NCBI GenBank assembly: GCA_963710755.1
Contig: CAVQBK010000003.1
Coordinates: 992,001 to 1,056,000 of the forward strand
From: an uncultured bacterium
GTDB lineage: Bacteria > Oederibacteriota > JAAXVQ01 > JAUVAV01
Direction of reading: 5' to 3'
Length of the DNA stretch: 64,000 bases
The notes below the pieces were generated by a model, which searched no databases, was not told where the DNA came from, and saw nothing but the letters and a program-made list of their open reading frames with translations. A program made the translations under genes and the position numbers. Shown here one piece after another: positions 37,037 through 48,389 of the stretch. Position 1 is the stretch's first letter. Each line of letters starts with the position of its first letter.

Positions 37037-37301
37037 ATGAGTAAGGGCGCGGAAACCAGGCGCCCCAAAAAGGGCAATGTTTTTTTGCATTGGATGGCTG
37101 TACTGTTGGCGGGCTTGGGCCGATACTATGTTTTAGGACGGCCATCGTCAGCACCATTCAGGGTGTTTCTTTACTATGGCCGCCACAAAACACTATTAAC
37201 AGAAGGCCAACTCCTAAAAGGCTTCAAGTCCATGAACACCACGCGTGTCTCATGTACAAAGGCAGGGGCGAGGGGCATTGGCAGGGAGTGCGGGAGGTCC
37301 T

Positions 37302-37652
37302 ATGAAAGAACTGGATATCACCTTGGAACAAGCGGAAGATGTGGCGGTGCTCATAGCCAAGGGGATGATGGATATCGATGAGGTGCAGAAATTTGAGCGT
37401 TATATTTTGCGTTTGCTGAAAAATGATCAACTCAAAATCGTGTTGGATTTGAATCAATTGACCTATATCTCCTCTTCCGGGTTGGGCCTGATTATTGGTT
37501 ATATTCGCGATGTCCGGCGCAAAGGCGGGGATATCAAGATTGGCGGTATGTCGGAACGGGTTCAGGACATTTTAAATACCTTCGGATTTTCCGTCATTTT
37601 TGACACCTTTGCCACCAGGGAAGAAGCTCTGCTTAAGTTCAAGGACCTTTAA
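37302..37652 (+). CDS. STAS anti-sigma-factor antagonist
   Basis: GGAGG RBS before ATG 37302; VLDLNQLTYISSSGLG and GGDIKI. Confidence 0.88.
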   Translation: MKELDITLEQAEDVAVLIAKGMMDIDEVQKFERYILRLLKNDQLKIVLDLNQLTYISSSGLGLIIGYIRDVRRKGGDIKIGGMSERVQDILNTFGFSVIFDTFATREEALLKFKDL

Positions 37653-37657
37653 CACTC

Positions 37658-39196
37658 ATGCCGCCCGCTTCTCCCCAAGCCCTGAACGGCACTCCCATGC
37701 AATGGGGGCTTAAAACCGCGGCCTGGCTGACGGTAATGGTTTTTTTAACTGGCAGCGCCATAGTTTTGATGGTGCATTATCACCTTAACCGCAGTTTAAG
37801 CGCCCAACTGCAAGTCCGCGGGACGGTGCTGACCAGCCAGTTGGCGGCCAGTGCTTCGGAGGCCCTGGTAACCAAAGATCGGTTGATGATGACCGAAATG
37901 GTAACGGCCCTGGCCAAACAAGACAAAACGATCCTAATGGCCGCCTTGGTGGACATTGATCAACGCATCCTGGTCAGCAGTCATTCTGATTTGGAAGGGG
38001 AGCGTTACCCACAGCCACAGGAGGATACAGTCTGGGAGGCTAATGCGGTTGACGTCAATGCCGTACGTTACCGGCAGCAGCCATGTCTGGATTTTGCTTG
38101 CCGCATTGCTTTGGACCAGCGTATTAAAGCCAAGGCCCGCTTGTTGGGATATGCCCATCTCCTTTTTTCTTTACAACCCATCCACAACCTGACGCAGAGG
38201 CTTTTAATTAAAAATATATTGTTGGTTATGGCCGGCTGCAGCCTGAGCTTTTTTTTGAGCTGGTTTTTGTTCAGCTTGGTATACAAGGACCAACTTTATT
38301 ATATCAGAGTACTCGAGCTGATTACTCAAGGCCATTATAGTGAGATGCAAGAGAGCCAGAAGTCATCCTCCAGATATCAGGCCCAGATTCAAAGGCTTCA
38401 AGCTAATGTAGAGGGCATTATTCATAAACGGCTGGAAGAGGCCAAGGATCAGCAGCGGGGGAAAATGGCACTGACCATTCAAAATCAACTCATTCCCAAA
38501 CTGCCGCCCCAACTGCCTGGAATTGACCTTGGCCTTTATTTTAAATCGGGAAACACCGTGGGCGGAGATTATCTGGATTGTATCAAACTGGATGATCACC
38601 ATTGGGGCTTGGTTGTCGCGGATATTGCCGGCCAGGGCGTAGGGGCGGCCGTGATTATGAGTCAGGTCCGATCCTTTTTACGCAGCGTCTGCCAATACCA
38701 TTTGTCGCCCTTAAAAACACTTGTCACAACCAACCGGCAGTTGTATAAAGAAAAGCAAGAAAATGCCCTTATCACCATGACCTACGCGGTGTTGGATAGT
38801 GCAAAAACCACGCTGACCTTTTGCCGGGCCGGTCATGTGGGTACGCTGATCTATAGGAGAGGCCTTTCCAAATTGGAAGTGGAAAAACCGGCGGGTATAG
38901 CCATGGGGATGGCAGCACCCGAGTCCTTTGAAGCGGTTCTGGTAGAACGGAAAATAAAGCTGCTTCCCGGCGATTGCCTGTTGTTGTATACTGATGGCAT
39001 CATGAAAAAAATGGGACAGGACCGGTCATTTTACAGCCTGGAGAAGTTGAATGTGATTTTTTCACTTTATGCCAGCCGGCCTGCCAAGACCATTCTTAAA
39101 ATGATTGAAAATGACATGCAACAGTATAATGCCCTGGAACAATTGGATGATATGGGCATGATGTTGCTTAAGCTAGAGGAGGCCGAACTATCGTGA
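37658..39196 (+). CDS. Membrane-bound SpoIIE/RsbU-type PP2C phosphatase
   Basis: Two TM segments flank a sensor region. Catalytic motifs VGGDYLD, ADIAGQG, AGH, LYTDGI and DD. Confidence 0.9.
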   Translation: MPPASPQALNGTPMQWGLKTAAWLTVMVFLTGSAIVLMVHYHLNRSLSAQLQVRGTVLTSQLAASASEALVTKDRLMMTEMVTALAKQDKTILMAALVDIDQRILVSSHSDLEGERYPQPQEDTVWEANAVDVNAVRYRQQPCLDFACRIALDQRIKAKARLLGYAHLLFSLQPIHNLTQRLLIKNILLVMAGCSLSFFLSWFLFSLVYKDQLYYIRVLELITQGHYSEMQESQKSSSRYQAQIQRLQANVEGIIHKRLEEAKDQQRGKMALTIQNQLIPKLPPQLPGIDLGLYFKSGNTVGGDYLDCIKLDDHHWGLVVADIAGQGVGAAVIMSQVRSFLRSVCQYHLSPLKTLVTTNRQLYKEKQENALITMTYAVLDSAKTTLTFCRAGHVGTLIYRRGLSKLEVEKPAGIAMGMAAPESFEAVLVERKIKLLPGDCLLLYTDGIMKKMGQDRSFYSLEKLNVIFSLYASRPAKTILKMIENDMQQYNALEQLDDMGMMLLKLEEAELS

Positions 39197-39474
39197 ATAA
39201 AAAAGAATTGGCCAAACGTTTAACCAAACGTTTTGGCTTTAGCCAGCGGGAAGCCACTGTTATTCTGGACCAGTTTTTGGAGAGCATGGCCAGCGAGCTT
39301 GAAAAAAACCGGCGCGTGGAATTGCGCGGTCTGGGCACCCTGGGAACCAAACAACGCCGTCCCAGCCTGGGCCGGGTTGTGAAGACCGGGGAGACTGTGG
39401 CGGTACCGGCCATGCGCAGGGTCTATTTCCGGCCCGGACGCACCTTAAAAGAAATCCGTCCCTTGGATCAATAA
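39193..39474 (+). CDS. HU/IHF family DNA-binding protein
   Basis: MNKKELA, VELRGLG and TGETVAVPA...FRPG. Confidence 0.92.
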   Translation: MNKKELAKRLTKRFGFSQREATVILDQFLESMASELEKNRRVELRGLGTLGTKQRRPSLGRVVKTGETVAVPAMRRVYFRPGRTLKEIRPLDQ

Positions 39475-39480
39475 GCCTTG

Positions 39481-41697
39481 ATGAAAAGCCGTATTGATTT
39501 AACCACCTTAAATCCTCCGCAATATCGTGCCGTAACCTATGGGCAGGGGCCTCTGCTGGTATTAGCCGGCGCAGGCTCGGGAAAGACCCGTGTGATTACC
39601 TATCGTATCGCCTATCTGATGGAGACCGAAGAGCTCGCGCCCCATCAGCTCATGGCGGTTACCTTTACCAATAAGGCTGCCCAGGAAATGCGGGAACGCA
39701 TCAATAAATTAGTCGGAAAGAAAAGCGGTCAGGACATTTGGATTGGTACCTTTCATGCCCTCTGTCTGCGCATGCTCAAACAGAGCCTACCCTATGACTT
39801 TACCATTTATGATCAAGAGGACGCCAAGCGATTGATCAAGGAGTGTCAGCGCGAACTGAATATGGATGAAAAAATGCTTAAGGCCGATGTTCTTGGGTAT
39901 CGCATTGAAAGTGCCAAGCACGAATTAATCGATGAAGAGGAGTATGAACGGCTGGCCTCGGATTTTGCTACGCGGCTGACCGCCAAAGTCTATCGTCTTT
40001 ATCAGAAAAAGCTGGCCCGGAACCGGGCTTTGGACTTCGGTGATCTGATCATGACCACGGTTAAACTCTTTAAAACCCAACCGGAGCTGCTGCAAAAATA
40101 CCAAGACCAGTTTCGTTTCATTTTAGTGGATGAATACCAGGACATCAATCATTGCCAATATTATTGGATCAAGCTCTTGGCCGGTGAGCGGGCCAACCTC
40201 ACCGTGGTGGGTGATGATGACCAAAGTATTTATCAGTTTCGCGGTGCCGATTTAAGAAACATCCTGGAATTCGAGCGCGATTACCCTAAAACCGAAGTGG
40301 TTAAATTGGAACAGAATTACCGCTCCAGCCAGAATATTCTGGCGGCGGCTTCAGCAGTGGTTAAAAACAATAAAGGCCGAAAAGAAAAGACGTTATGGAC
40401 CGAAAAAGCCGCCGGCCCTCCCATTATTTATTTCCGTGCCCAGACGGAAATGGAGGAAGCCCAGTTTGTGGTTAAATCCATTGTGCAGGATGTTTTCGAC
40501 TATCACCGGCGTCATTTGAATGATTGCGTCATCCTTTACCGTACCAACGCCCAATCCCGCCCCTTTGAAGATGCCTTGCGCCGGGAGCGGGTACCTTATA
40601 AAATCGTAGGCGGCATGAAATTTTATGACCGCATGGAAATCAAGGATGTGCTTTCCTATTTAAAAGTGCTCGTCAATCCCAATGATGAACTGGCTCTGGG
40701 CCGGATCGTCAACACGCCAGCCCGGGGGTTGGGGGAAGGCGCCCTTGGCAAGATTCGGGAATCAGCCTCACGCTTGGAGTTGACCTCTATGGAGACCATG
40801 GCCTATTTGGCCGGGCACCCGGAGGAGTTACCCAACCGTTCCCGGGAAGCGGTGATCCAGTTTGCCCAGCTTATGGCCGGACTGAATGAGAAGAAAGACC
40901 ACCTGCCTTTGCCCCAATTTTTAAACGCCGTAATCATTGACAGCGGCTATCTGGCTATGTGGGAGAAAGCGCCCTTTGAAGAAGGTCAGGCGAGAATTGA
41001 AAATTTAAATGAACTGATCGTGGCGGCCGATGAATTCCAAAAAACCAGTGAGACCGGGCTGCAGGGTTTTTTGGATCAAATCGCTCTAGTATCCAACCTG
41101 GATGACGATCGTAAAAACAGCGACGAGGTCACCCTCATGACTTACCATAGCGCTAAAGGCCTTGAATTTCCCCTGGTCTTCATGGCTGGGATGGAGGAAG
41201 GGCTGTTTCCTCACGGCAACGCGCTTCAGGAAGAGCAGGGCATTGCAGAAGAACGACGGTTATGTTATGTGGGGATTACCCGTGCCATGGATCAACTGGT
41301 TATGACCGGAACGGCCATGCGCACCAATTTTGGAAACAGAATCTACAATACCGAATCCAGATTTCTTCACGAAATTCCGGGCTATTTATTCATTGGTCAA
41401 AAACCGCTTCACCATCAGAAAGCTGAAGCCCGGGCCCAGGACGCTGGTTTATTTTCCGGCGAGTCGGCTGATGCTGCGCCAGCGGACACCATAACGCTTG
41501 ATGAAGAGCCCGCTGCAGACCCGCTGCCTGTGGGGAGCAGGGTGCGCCATGCCAAATACGGGGCAGGCACGGTGGTGGCTAAAAGCGGGTCGGGTGAAGA
41601 TTTAAAGATCGAAGTGGCTTTCGTTAATTTTGGACGAAAAAAAATGTTGGCCCGCTTTGCAGCCTTGCAGGTTATGAGCGTACCTCAGCGTTCCTGA
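39481..41697 (+). CDS. pcrA: PcrA/UvrD DNA helicase
   Basis: AGAGSGKT, DEYQD, GDDDQSIY, QNYRS, HSAKGLEF and EERRLCYVGITRA, with a C-terminal Tudor-like VGSRVRHAKYG. Confidence 0.95.
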   Translation: MKSRIDLTTLNPPQYRAVTYGQGPLLVLAGAGSGKTRVITYRIAYLMETEELAPHQLMAVTFTNKAAQEMRERINKLVGKKSGQDIWIGTFHALCLRMLKQSLPYDFTIYDQEDAKRLIKECQRELNMDEKMLKADVLGYRIESAKHELIDEEEYERLASDFATRLTAKVYRLYQKKLARNRALDFGDLIMTTVKLFKTQPELLQKYQDQFRFILVDEYQDINHCQYYWIKLLAGERANLTVVGDDDQSIYQFRGADLRNILEFERDYPKTEVVKLEQNYRSSQNILAAASAVVKNNKGRKEKTLWTEKAAGPPIIYFRAQTEMEEAQFVVKSIVQDVFDYHRRHLNDCVILYRTNAQSRPFEDALRRERVPYKIVGGMKFYDRMEIKDVLSYLKVLVNPNDELALGRIVNTPARGLGEGALGKIRESASRLELTSMETMAYLAGHPEELPNRSREAVIQFAQLMAGLNEKKDHLPLPQFLNAVIIDSGYLAMWEKAPFEEGQARIENLNELIVAADEFQKTSETGLQGFLDQIALVSNLDDDRKNSDEVTLMTYHSAKGLEFPLVFMAGMEEGLFPHGNALQEEQGIAEERRLCYVGITRAMDQLVMTGTAMRTNFGNRIYNTESRFLHEIPGYLFIGQKPLHHQKAEARAQDAGLFSGESADAAPADTITLDEEPAADPLPVGSRVRHAKYGAGTVVAKSGSGEDLKIEVAFVNFGRKKMLARFAALQVMSVPQRS

Positions 41698-41745
41698 ATG
41701 GCTGCCATGGCCAGGGCAGGAACGCCAAACAAAGGAGATCAAGGC

Positions 41746-42111
41746 ATGAGCAGAAGCTTTGACATCAATATTATTGCATTGGAAAAACCGGAGACCCTGC
41801 TGTGCATGTTGACCGGATCCCTGGAATTAAGCTCAACCATGGAACTGGAAAATATTTTGGAAAAGGTGATTGTCACCAATCAGGAAAAAGTCATTTTCGA
41901 TCTTGGCCAGGTGTCCTATATTAACAGTCAGGGGTTCAGCGCTTTTTTAGCTGTTCAAAAAAAATTGAGCACCGGCAAGGGTGGTGTGGTGCTGGTGGCA
42001 GCCAACAAACGGTTGCGTTATATTCTGGACCTTACGGGGTTTTATCAAGCTATTCCCGTATATGATAATCTGGAAGAAGCCTTGCAGAAAGATGACCTCT
42101 TCAAAGCTTGA
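41746..42111 (+). CDS. STAS domain protein
   Basis: AAGGAG RBS; VIFDLGQVSYINSQG and ILDLTGF. Confidence 0.85.
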   Translation: MSRSFDINIIALEKPETLLCMLTGSLELSSTMELENILEKVIVTNQEKVIFDLGQVSYINSQGFSAFLAVQKKLSTGKGGVVLVAANKRLRYILDLTGFYQAIPVYDNLEEALQKDDLFKA

Positions 42112-42222
42112 TAAACCATTTTTTTAAGACAATTACCTCTATCCAGCGATAGACCGGGCCCGAAGGCCAATTATGGTCAAGGGCACCGCAAGCCCTATTT
42201 CTTCAACGCGAGGAGCCGCACC

Positions 42223-43710
42223 ATGAGCAATGCCGTCATCCTGGCCATGGACTTGGGTACCACCGGCAACCGCGTAGTAGCATTTGCTCAAAGCGGTGAA
42301 GTTGTTGCCCAAAAGTACTATGAATTCACGCAGCACTATCCTCAACCGGGCTGGGTGGAACATGATCCCCTGGAAATCAAAGACACGGCTCTGCGTGCCC
42401 TGCGCGAAGTGCTGGAAGCGGTAAAGGAGCACGAGGTGACAGGGCTGGGGATTACCAACCAGCGTGAAACCACTATCCTTTGGGAACGGCGAACCGGTCA
42501 GCCGATTTATCCGGCTATTGTTTGGCAATGCCGCCGGACTGAGGCACTGTGCCGGCAACTGGAACCTTACCGGGATCTGTTTAAACAAAAAACAGGATTG
42601 TTTTTAGATCCTTATTTTTCGGGTACCAAGATCCATTGGATTCTGGAGCATGTGCCTGGTGCCCGTCAAAGAGCCCAGCAAGGCGAACTCGCATTTGGAA
42701 CGGTGGATAGCTGGCTGTTGTGGCATTTGACTAACGGCCAGGTTCACGCCACGGAAGCCAGCAATGCTTCCCGCACACTCATTTTTAACCTTCATGATAT
42801 GGCTTTTGACCAGGAACTGCTGGAGTTGCTTCAAATTCCAAAGCGCCTGTTACCACAAGTACTGCCTTCTGATGCCTGCTTCGGCACAACTGATCTCAAG
42901 GTGGTGGGGCGACGTTTCCCTATTCATGCGATTTTAGGCGATCAGCAAGCCTCGCTCTATGCTCATAGCGGGGTGGGGGAAGGCAAGGTTAAAAATACTT
43001 ATGGTACTGGATTATTTGTGGTGACCAAAACGGGCGCCGAGCCTGTGGCGCATGACCGGTTGGTGACCACCGTGGCTTGGCAGCTACAGGATAAAATAAC
43101 CTATGCCCTGGAAGGCAGCATTTTTATGGGGGGGGCCATTCTGCAATGGACACGCGACAATCTGCACCTGCTGAACCATGCCTCCCAATCGGAAGCCCTG
43201 GCCCAGAGCCTACCTGACAACCAGGGCGTCTATTTGGTGCCTGCTTTTCAAGGCCTGGGTGCGCCTTATTGGCAATCCGATGCCCGCGCCCTATTGGTGG
43301 GCCTTTCCAGAAAATCGGACACAGCCGTGGTTGTACGTGCCGCGCTGGAAGCCATGGCCTACCAGACCAGGGATGTGGTTGCGGTGATGTCCGATCATTT
43401 GCCCTTTGCGCTCCAGGAACTTCATGTGGATGGCGGGGCCTGCGCCAATAATTTTCTTATGCAGTTTCAAGCCGACATTTTGGGCTTGCCTGTGATCCGG
43501 CCCAAAATAATCGAAGTTACAGCTCTGGGTGTTGCCGGGTTGGCCGGCTGTGCCTTGGGGTTCTGGTCACGGGAGGGATTCGAAACTAACTTAATGACGC
43601 CTGACCGCATCTTTAAACCGCAAATGACCAGCCAGCAGGCGCAAGCCTATTATAAACGTTGGCAGGATGCAGTGCATCTGTCCCTGTCCTGGTCCTCGGC
43701 CCAAGGTTGA
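42223..43710 (+). CDS. glpK: Glycerol kinase
   Basis: DLGTT, PGWVEHDP, ITNQRET, WQCRRT, GDQQA, KNTYGTG and DGGA. Confidence 0.96.
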   Translation: MSNAVILAMDLGTTGNRVVAFAQSGEVVAQKYYEFTQHYPQPGWVEHDPLEIKDTALRALREVLEAVKEHEVTGLGITNQRETTILWERRTGQPIYPAIVWQCRRTEALCRQLEPYRDLFKQKTGLFLDPYFSGTKIHWILEHVPGARQRAQQGELAFGTVDSWLLWHLTNGQVHATEASNASRTLIFNLHDMAFDQELLELLQIPKRLLPQVLPSDACFGTTDLKVVGRRFPIHAILGDQQASLYAHSGVGEGKVKNTYGTGLFVVTKTGAEPVAHDRLVTTVAWQLQDKITYALEGSIFMGGAILQWTRDNLHLLNHASQSEALAQSLPDNQGVYLVPAFQGLGAPYWQSDARALLVGLSRKSDTAVVVRAALEAMAYQTRDVVAVMSDHLPFALQELHVDGGACANNFLMQFQADILGLPVIRPKIIEVTALGVAGLAGCALGFWSREGFETNLMTPDRIFKPQMTSQQAQAYYKRWQDAVHLSLSWSSAQG

Positions 43711-44114
43711 ACTTGTCCGCTATCCTTCCTACCGATAATTGAAAAAACAATATACCCCATGATGAATTATAAAGATGAATGGGAACGTATTAAAAAAGAT
43801 TGCTTTTTGGAGTCTGAAGTCTTTATAATTTGAATCCCCTTTCCAGCCGTGGGCATGACGTCAATGCTCCGCAGGGTAGAAAGAACCAATGGTGAGCAGC
43901 CGGCCCAGGGCCTTGCTGCCGCTGCTGCAGTCCTCGAGGTATAGTCTAAGGTTGTCAGGTCGTCTTCCGGTTCAGAATTATAAGTAACACATTCTCAGGT
44001 GGGTACGCTTTCAGATACAGGGGCCTTGCCGATCAAGGCGCAGCTCCTTTGGGTGATAACATCAATGTTGACCATAAAGTAAAGATTAACGTTAAGTGAG
44101 ACGAAGAGGTGGGG

Positions 44115-44660
44115 ATGGAAATTCAGAATAAGATCGAAGAATGCCTGGCCCGCTATCAAAGCCTTTGCCACATCGTGGATCAGCAATTTGAGCAGGCCTT
44201 GAAATACCATGGCTGGCAAATGAACTGCCGCAAAGGGTGTGACCAATGCTGTACCCTGCAAAGTGTCATGCCTTTGGAAGCCTACATCATCAGGGGTTTT
44301 CTTCAGCAACAAAACCAAGCCTGGTTTGAGCAGATGGAAGATCACCAGGGGAACGCCTGCATTTTTCTTCACCAGCAGCAGTGTCTGATCTATCCGGTCC
44401 GGCCCATGATATGCCGCAGCCATGGACTGTTTTTACGCATGGACCAAAATACTATTGTACCCAGTTGTTCCCAAAACTTTATCTCCAACCAGGGACAATT
44501 GGAACACCGCATGCTTTTTGATAATCACTGGGCTACTCTTCAGCTGGCCAAGCTTAACTTGGCTTTTGCCATGCTGCGCAACGAACGGGACTTGGCGGAC
44601 CGGCGGATCCCTTTGGTGGAGATCAAATCCAGCTTTCTTCCAACCTACAAAGTGAAGTGA
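44115..44660 (+). CDS. YkgJ-family cysteine-cluster protein
   Basis: CRKGCDQCC...CIFL...CLIYPVRPMICR. Confidence 0.88.
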   Translation: MEIQNKIEECLARYQSLCHIVDQQFEQALKYHGWQMNCRKGCDQCCTLQSVMPLEAYIIRGFLQQQNQAWFEQMEDHQGNACIFLHQQQCLIYPVRPMICRSHGLFLRMDQNTIVPSCSQNFISNQGQLEHRMLFDNHWATLQLAKLNLAFAMLRNERDLADRRIPLVEIKSSFLPTYKVK

Positions 44661-44851
44661 TGGTTTGGGGGCTTCCTGACCGGACTTAATATTTAAAAAA
44701 ACTCATTTTATTTAACTGAAATCAAAATGATCCGAAGCTATTGATCAGAAGCTGGGCGTTTTTTGCCAAAATCAGCTAAACGATGCTTAAATGCCGAACA
44801 GATCTTTTGTCATGGAATGTCATCCAAGGCATCAGGTCTTGAGGAGTTCCG

Positions 44852-47128
44852 ATGGATCGGCTGACTACTTATTTGAAAAAAGTATTTCCCAACCAACAAA
44901 CCACGTTGGAATTTAAATTATCCTTCATTACCTCAGTGATGATCACAGGTATTCTGATTTTTACCAGCCTGGCCGTGATCACCAGCATTAGCAGCCAATT
45001 TGCCGCGGACATCAAAGAATATAAAACTGAAAACCTGAATAAAATTAAACAGACCTTGAAAAACTACATTGACATTGCCTACGCGTCCATGGACACCACT
45101 TATAACCAAGCCCGGGATAAAACTTACTTGGAAGATCATTATGGCCACCGTCTTCAAGATATTACGGACGCTGCCCAAACAATTCTCCAAAGCAAAGCGG
45201 ATGAAGCCAACAGCGGACTAAAAACCTTGAGGCAAGCCCAACAGGAAGCCATGCAGGAAATAAAAAAGATCCGTTACGATAATGGTACCGGCTATATCTG
45301 GATCAATGATATGGGACGGCCTGTGCCTAGAATGATCATGCACCCCACTCTGCCGGTGCTGGACGGCAAGGTTTTGGACGATCCCAAGTTCAACTGCGCC
45401 CTGGGCATGAAAAAAAATCTTTTTGTGGCCTTTGTGGATGTGTGTGCTGAGAAAGGGGAAGGGTTTGTGGATTACCTCTGGCCCAAACCCACCAAGGAGG
45501 GCCTGACCCAGGAACAGCCCAAACTTTCCTATGTCCGGCTGTTTAAACCGTGGGGATGGGTTTATGGGACTGGCATTTACGTTGATGATGCCGTGGTTGA
45601 AGCAGAGGAAAAAATAAAAAGCGACATTAAGAAAATGCGTTATGCTGGCGGAGTGGGTTATATTTGGATCAACGACATGGGACGGCCTGTGCCCAAGATG
45701 ATCATGCACCCCACTCTGCCGGTGCTGGACGGCAAGGTTCTGGACGATCCCAAGTTCAACTGCGCCCTGGGCATGAAAAAAAATCTTTTCGTGGCCTTTG
45801 TGGATGTATGTGCGGAAAAAGGGGAAGGGTTTGTGGATTACCTTTGGCCTAAACCCACCCAGGACGGTCTGACCCAGGAACAGCCCAAGCTCTCCTTTGT
45901 CCGTCTCTACAGGCCGCTAAAATGGGTCATTGGCACCGGTGTCTACATTGATGACATCAATACCATGGTGGCTAAAAAAGTCAAGTCCATGAGACTGCAA
46001 GAGTTGTGGCTTATTTTTAAAATTCTCATCCCTATCGTTTTAATCAGCGGGCTGGCTTGGTGGGTAATGGCCAATGTTATGGGGGATATCACCAGTACCG
46101 TAAAAGCTATGGTGGTCAAACTTAAGCAGATGGCGGCCGGTGAAGGCGATCTTTCCAAACGTATAGACGTACTTAGCGAAGACGAACTAGGGGAACTTGC
46201 GGAAGGATTCAACGTGTTTTTAGACAAGCTCTCTTCCCTGATTGGGTCTTTTAAACGGTCGGCAGGAAAGGTGGATCATGCCTCTCGGGATATGGCGGAT
46301 ATGGGCAAGGGGTTAATCGGCAGTTCGGACAGCTTGGAGACCAAGGTGAGCCAGCTCAAAGGCAATATTCAGGAGCTCAATAAAAAAATGGATGCCACAT
46401 CAGCTGCTTCGGAACAAACATCAGCCAATTTGGTCAGCCTGGACATGGCGGTTAAGGAATTTACCCAAACCATCACCCATATTTCCGGAAATGCCACCAA
46501 ATCCAATCATATTGCAACAGAAGCTGTGGACGTGGTGAACAATGCTTCCCGTAAGATCAACGAACTATTCACCCGGACCGGGGAGATCGCCACCATTGTC
46601 AATGTTATATCCGATATTTCCGACCAGACCAAGTTACTGGCTCTCAATGCCAGTATTGAGGCTGCCCGGGCGGGGGAAGCGGGCCGTGGTTTCTCCGTGG
46701 TGGCCGAAGAAGTCAAGAATTTGGCCGGAGAGGTCAACGAAGCCGCGGTCAATATCCGTAACATTCTGGGCAACATGAAAGGGTCAACCAATGAGTCCAT
46801 GCAGGAGCTGGAAAAGATTAATAAGGTCATCAATGAGGTGAATGACTCCGTGACCGATATCGCGGCTGCGGTTCAGGAACAAACCGCCACCACCATGGGC
46901 ATCTCCAATAATATTTCAGAAGCTGCTGACGGGTTGAATGATGTTAATGTTGCCATTGCCGATGCATTGGAATTCAGCAACAAAATTCACGATGATACGG
47001 AAGTGGTTAATAAGGAGAGCCATCATGTCATGGACCAGGGCAGCAGCCTACATGAACACGCCGATGCCTTGCTCCAAGTGTCGGCCACCTTGTTGAACCT
47101 GATCGGGCGATTTCGATTAATGGACTAA
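44852..47128 (+). CDS. Methyl-accepting chemotaxis protein with duplicated Cache_2 sensor and HAMP domain
   Basis: TM, two [22 protein letters not shown] modules, TM, HAMP (GDLSKR, DELGEL) and [27 protein letters not shown]. Confidence 0.96.
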   Translation: MDRLTTYLKKVFPNQQTTLEFKLSFITSVMITGILIFTSLAVITSISSQFAADIKEYKTENLNKIKQTLKNYIDIAYASMDTTYNQARDKTYLEDHYGHRLQDITDAAQTILQSKADEANSGLKTLRQAQQEAMQEIKKIRYDNGTGYIWINDMGRPVPRMIMHPTLPVLDGKVLDDPKFNCALGMKKNLFVAFVDVCAEKGEGFVDYLWPKPTKEGLTQEQPKLSYVRLFKPWGWVYGTGIYVDDAVVEAEEKIKSDIKKMRYAGGVGYIWINDMGRPVPKMIMHPTLPVLDGKVLDDPKFNCALGMKKNLFVAFVDVCAEKGEGFVDYLWPKPTQDGLTQEQPKLSFVRLYRPLKWVIGTGVYIDDINTMVAKKVKSMRLQELWLIFKILIPIVLISGLAWWVMANVMGDITSTVKAMVVKLKQMAAGEGDLSKRIDVLSEDELGELAEGFNVFLDKLSSLIGSFKRSAGKVDHASRDMADMGKGLIGSSDSLETKVSQLKGNIQELNKKMDATSAASEQTSANLVSLDMAVKEFTQTITHISGNATKSNHIATEAVDVVNNASRKINELFTRTGEIATIVNVISDISDQTKLLALNASIEAARAGEAGRGFSVVAEEVKNLAGEVNEAAVNIRNILGNMKGSTNESMQELEKINKVINEVNDSVTDIAAAVQEQTATTMGISNNISEAADGLNDVNVAIADALEFSNKIHDDTEVVNKESHHVMDQGSSLHEHADALLQVSATLLNLIGRFRLMD
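45290..45906 (+). repeat. Internal direct duplication of about 250 bp (offset 366 nt)
   Basis: 45290-45540 versus 45656-45906 encode 85-aa segments differing at about 5 residues. Confidence 0.92.
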
Positions 47129-47372
47129 ATCCGGATGGCCATTTTGAGCTTGTCTCCCAAGTGCAGCTGGTGTAAGATGCCAGCTCGCAGTCCCGCAAAG
47201 TCAACCGACCTCGCATGCGAACTAGTTATAACTAATAAAAAAAATCCTTCCGGCGTTTTGTCCCTAGGCCAGAGCGCCGTCAGCCGTTAATGCCATTGGC
47301 CGGGATCTGCACTAGGATGTCAACTGCCAGCAGCCCCATGGCGATTTTTCGGAAAGGAGAAGCAGAGCAACC

Positions 47373-48389
47373 ATGAGAAAAATCGATTCTCTATTGCAAA
47401 AAGGTAAAGCGTTTCTGGGTGTCTCCATTCCCATTATTAGCGGAGGCATGACCTGGGTCAGCAACTATGCCTTGGTCAAGGCGGTCAGCGATCACGGGGC
47501 TTTTCCGGTGCTGGCCGGCGGCAACATGCCGCCTGACTTGTTTGAACAAGAAGTGGATAAGTGTGTGGCGCAATTGCAACGTCCCTTTGCGGTGAATTTG
47601 ATCACCATCGCGCCCAATTACCAGGTGCATCGGGAAATCTTAAAAAGCAAGAAAGTCCCTTTTGTGGTGTTTGCCGGCAATTTTCCCCGTATCAATGCTG
47701 TCCGGGAAATGAAAGCCGCGGGAAAGCAGACCATGGCCTTTGCCTCCACCAGCTCGATTGTGGAACAAATGGTGCGCTTTGGCATTGATGCCCTTATTCT
47801 GGAAGGTTCGGAGGCCGGTGGCCATATTGGCCATGTTTCCTTGACTATTTTACTTCAACAAGTTCTGTTTAAATACCGTCATCTGCCGGTTTTCGTGGCC
47901 GGCGGAATTGCCACCGGTAAAATGATGGCGCACTTATTGTTGATGGGCGCAGCCGGCGTCCAAATGGGTACCCGCTTTGTGATGACCGAGGAATGCACCG
48001 CCCATCCTGATTTCAAACAAGCGTTCCTTAACGCCAGAGCCCGGGAGGCTATTGCCACGCCCCAGTATGATTCCCGCTTGCCGGTCGTGGCCGTCCGGGC
48101 CATTAGCAACAAGGGTATGGAAAATTTCGGCAAATTACAGCTCGATTTAATTCAACGCATGGAACGTCATGAAGTTACACGAGAGCAAGCCCAGTATGAA
48201 GTGGAACACTATTGGATGGGATCGCTGCGCAAGGCTGTGGAAGAAGGGGACATTGACAACGGCTCCTTGATGGCCGGCCAGAGCGTGGGCTTGATCCATG
48301 ATATAAAACCCATCAAAACTATGTTGGATGAAATTGTCAATGATGCTGAAGAAGAATTAAATTGGGTGGCCGAACGCCTAGGCAGTTAA
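47373..48389 (+). CDS. Nitronate monooxygenase / FabK-like flavin oxidoreductase
   Basis: IISGGMTW, EGSEAGGHIG, AGGI, GVQMGTRF and SLMAGQS. Confidence 0.88.
   Translation: MRKIDSLLQKGKAFLGVSIPIISGGMTWVSNYALVKAVSDHGAFPVLAGGNMPPDLFEQEVDKCVAQLQRPFAVNLITIAPNYQVHREILKSKKVPFVVFAGNFPRINAVREMKAAGKQTMAFASTSSIVEQMVRFGIDALILEGSEAGGHIGHVSLTILLQQVLFKYRHLPVFVAGGIATGKMMAHLLLMGAAGVQMGTRFVMTEECTAHPDFKQAFLNARAREAIATPQYDSRLPVVAVRAISNKGMENFGKLQLDLIQRMERHEVTREQAQYEVEHYWMGSLRKAVEEGDIDNGSLMAGQSVGLIHDIKPIKTMLDEIVNDAEEELNWVAERLGS

Noticed and set aside
37037-37381. 114-aa ORF between ribF and the STAS gene
   Set aside because: It has no clear RBS or motif and overlaps the STAS gene out of frame.
43759-43833. 24-codon AT-rich ORF after glpK
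   Set aside because: It is too short, has no RBS and cannot be distinguished from chance.
44770-44800. Sigma28-like TAAA...GCCGAACA upstream of the MCP
   Set aside because: The spacing is 12 nt rather than the expected 15.
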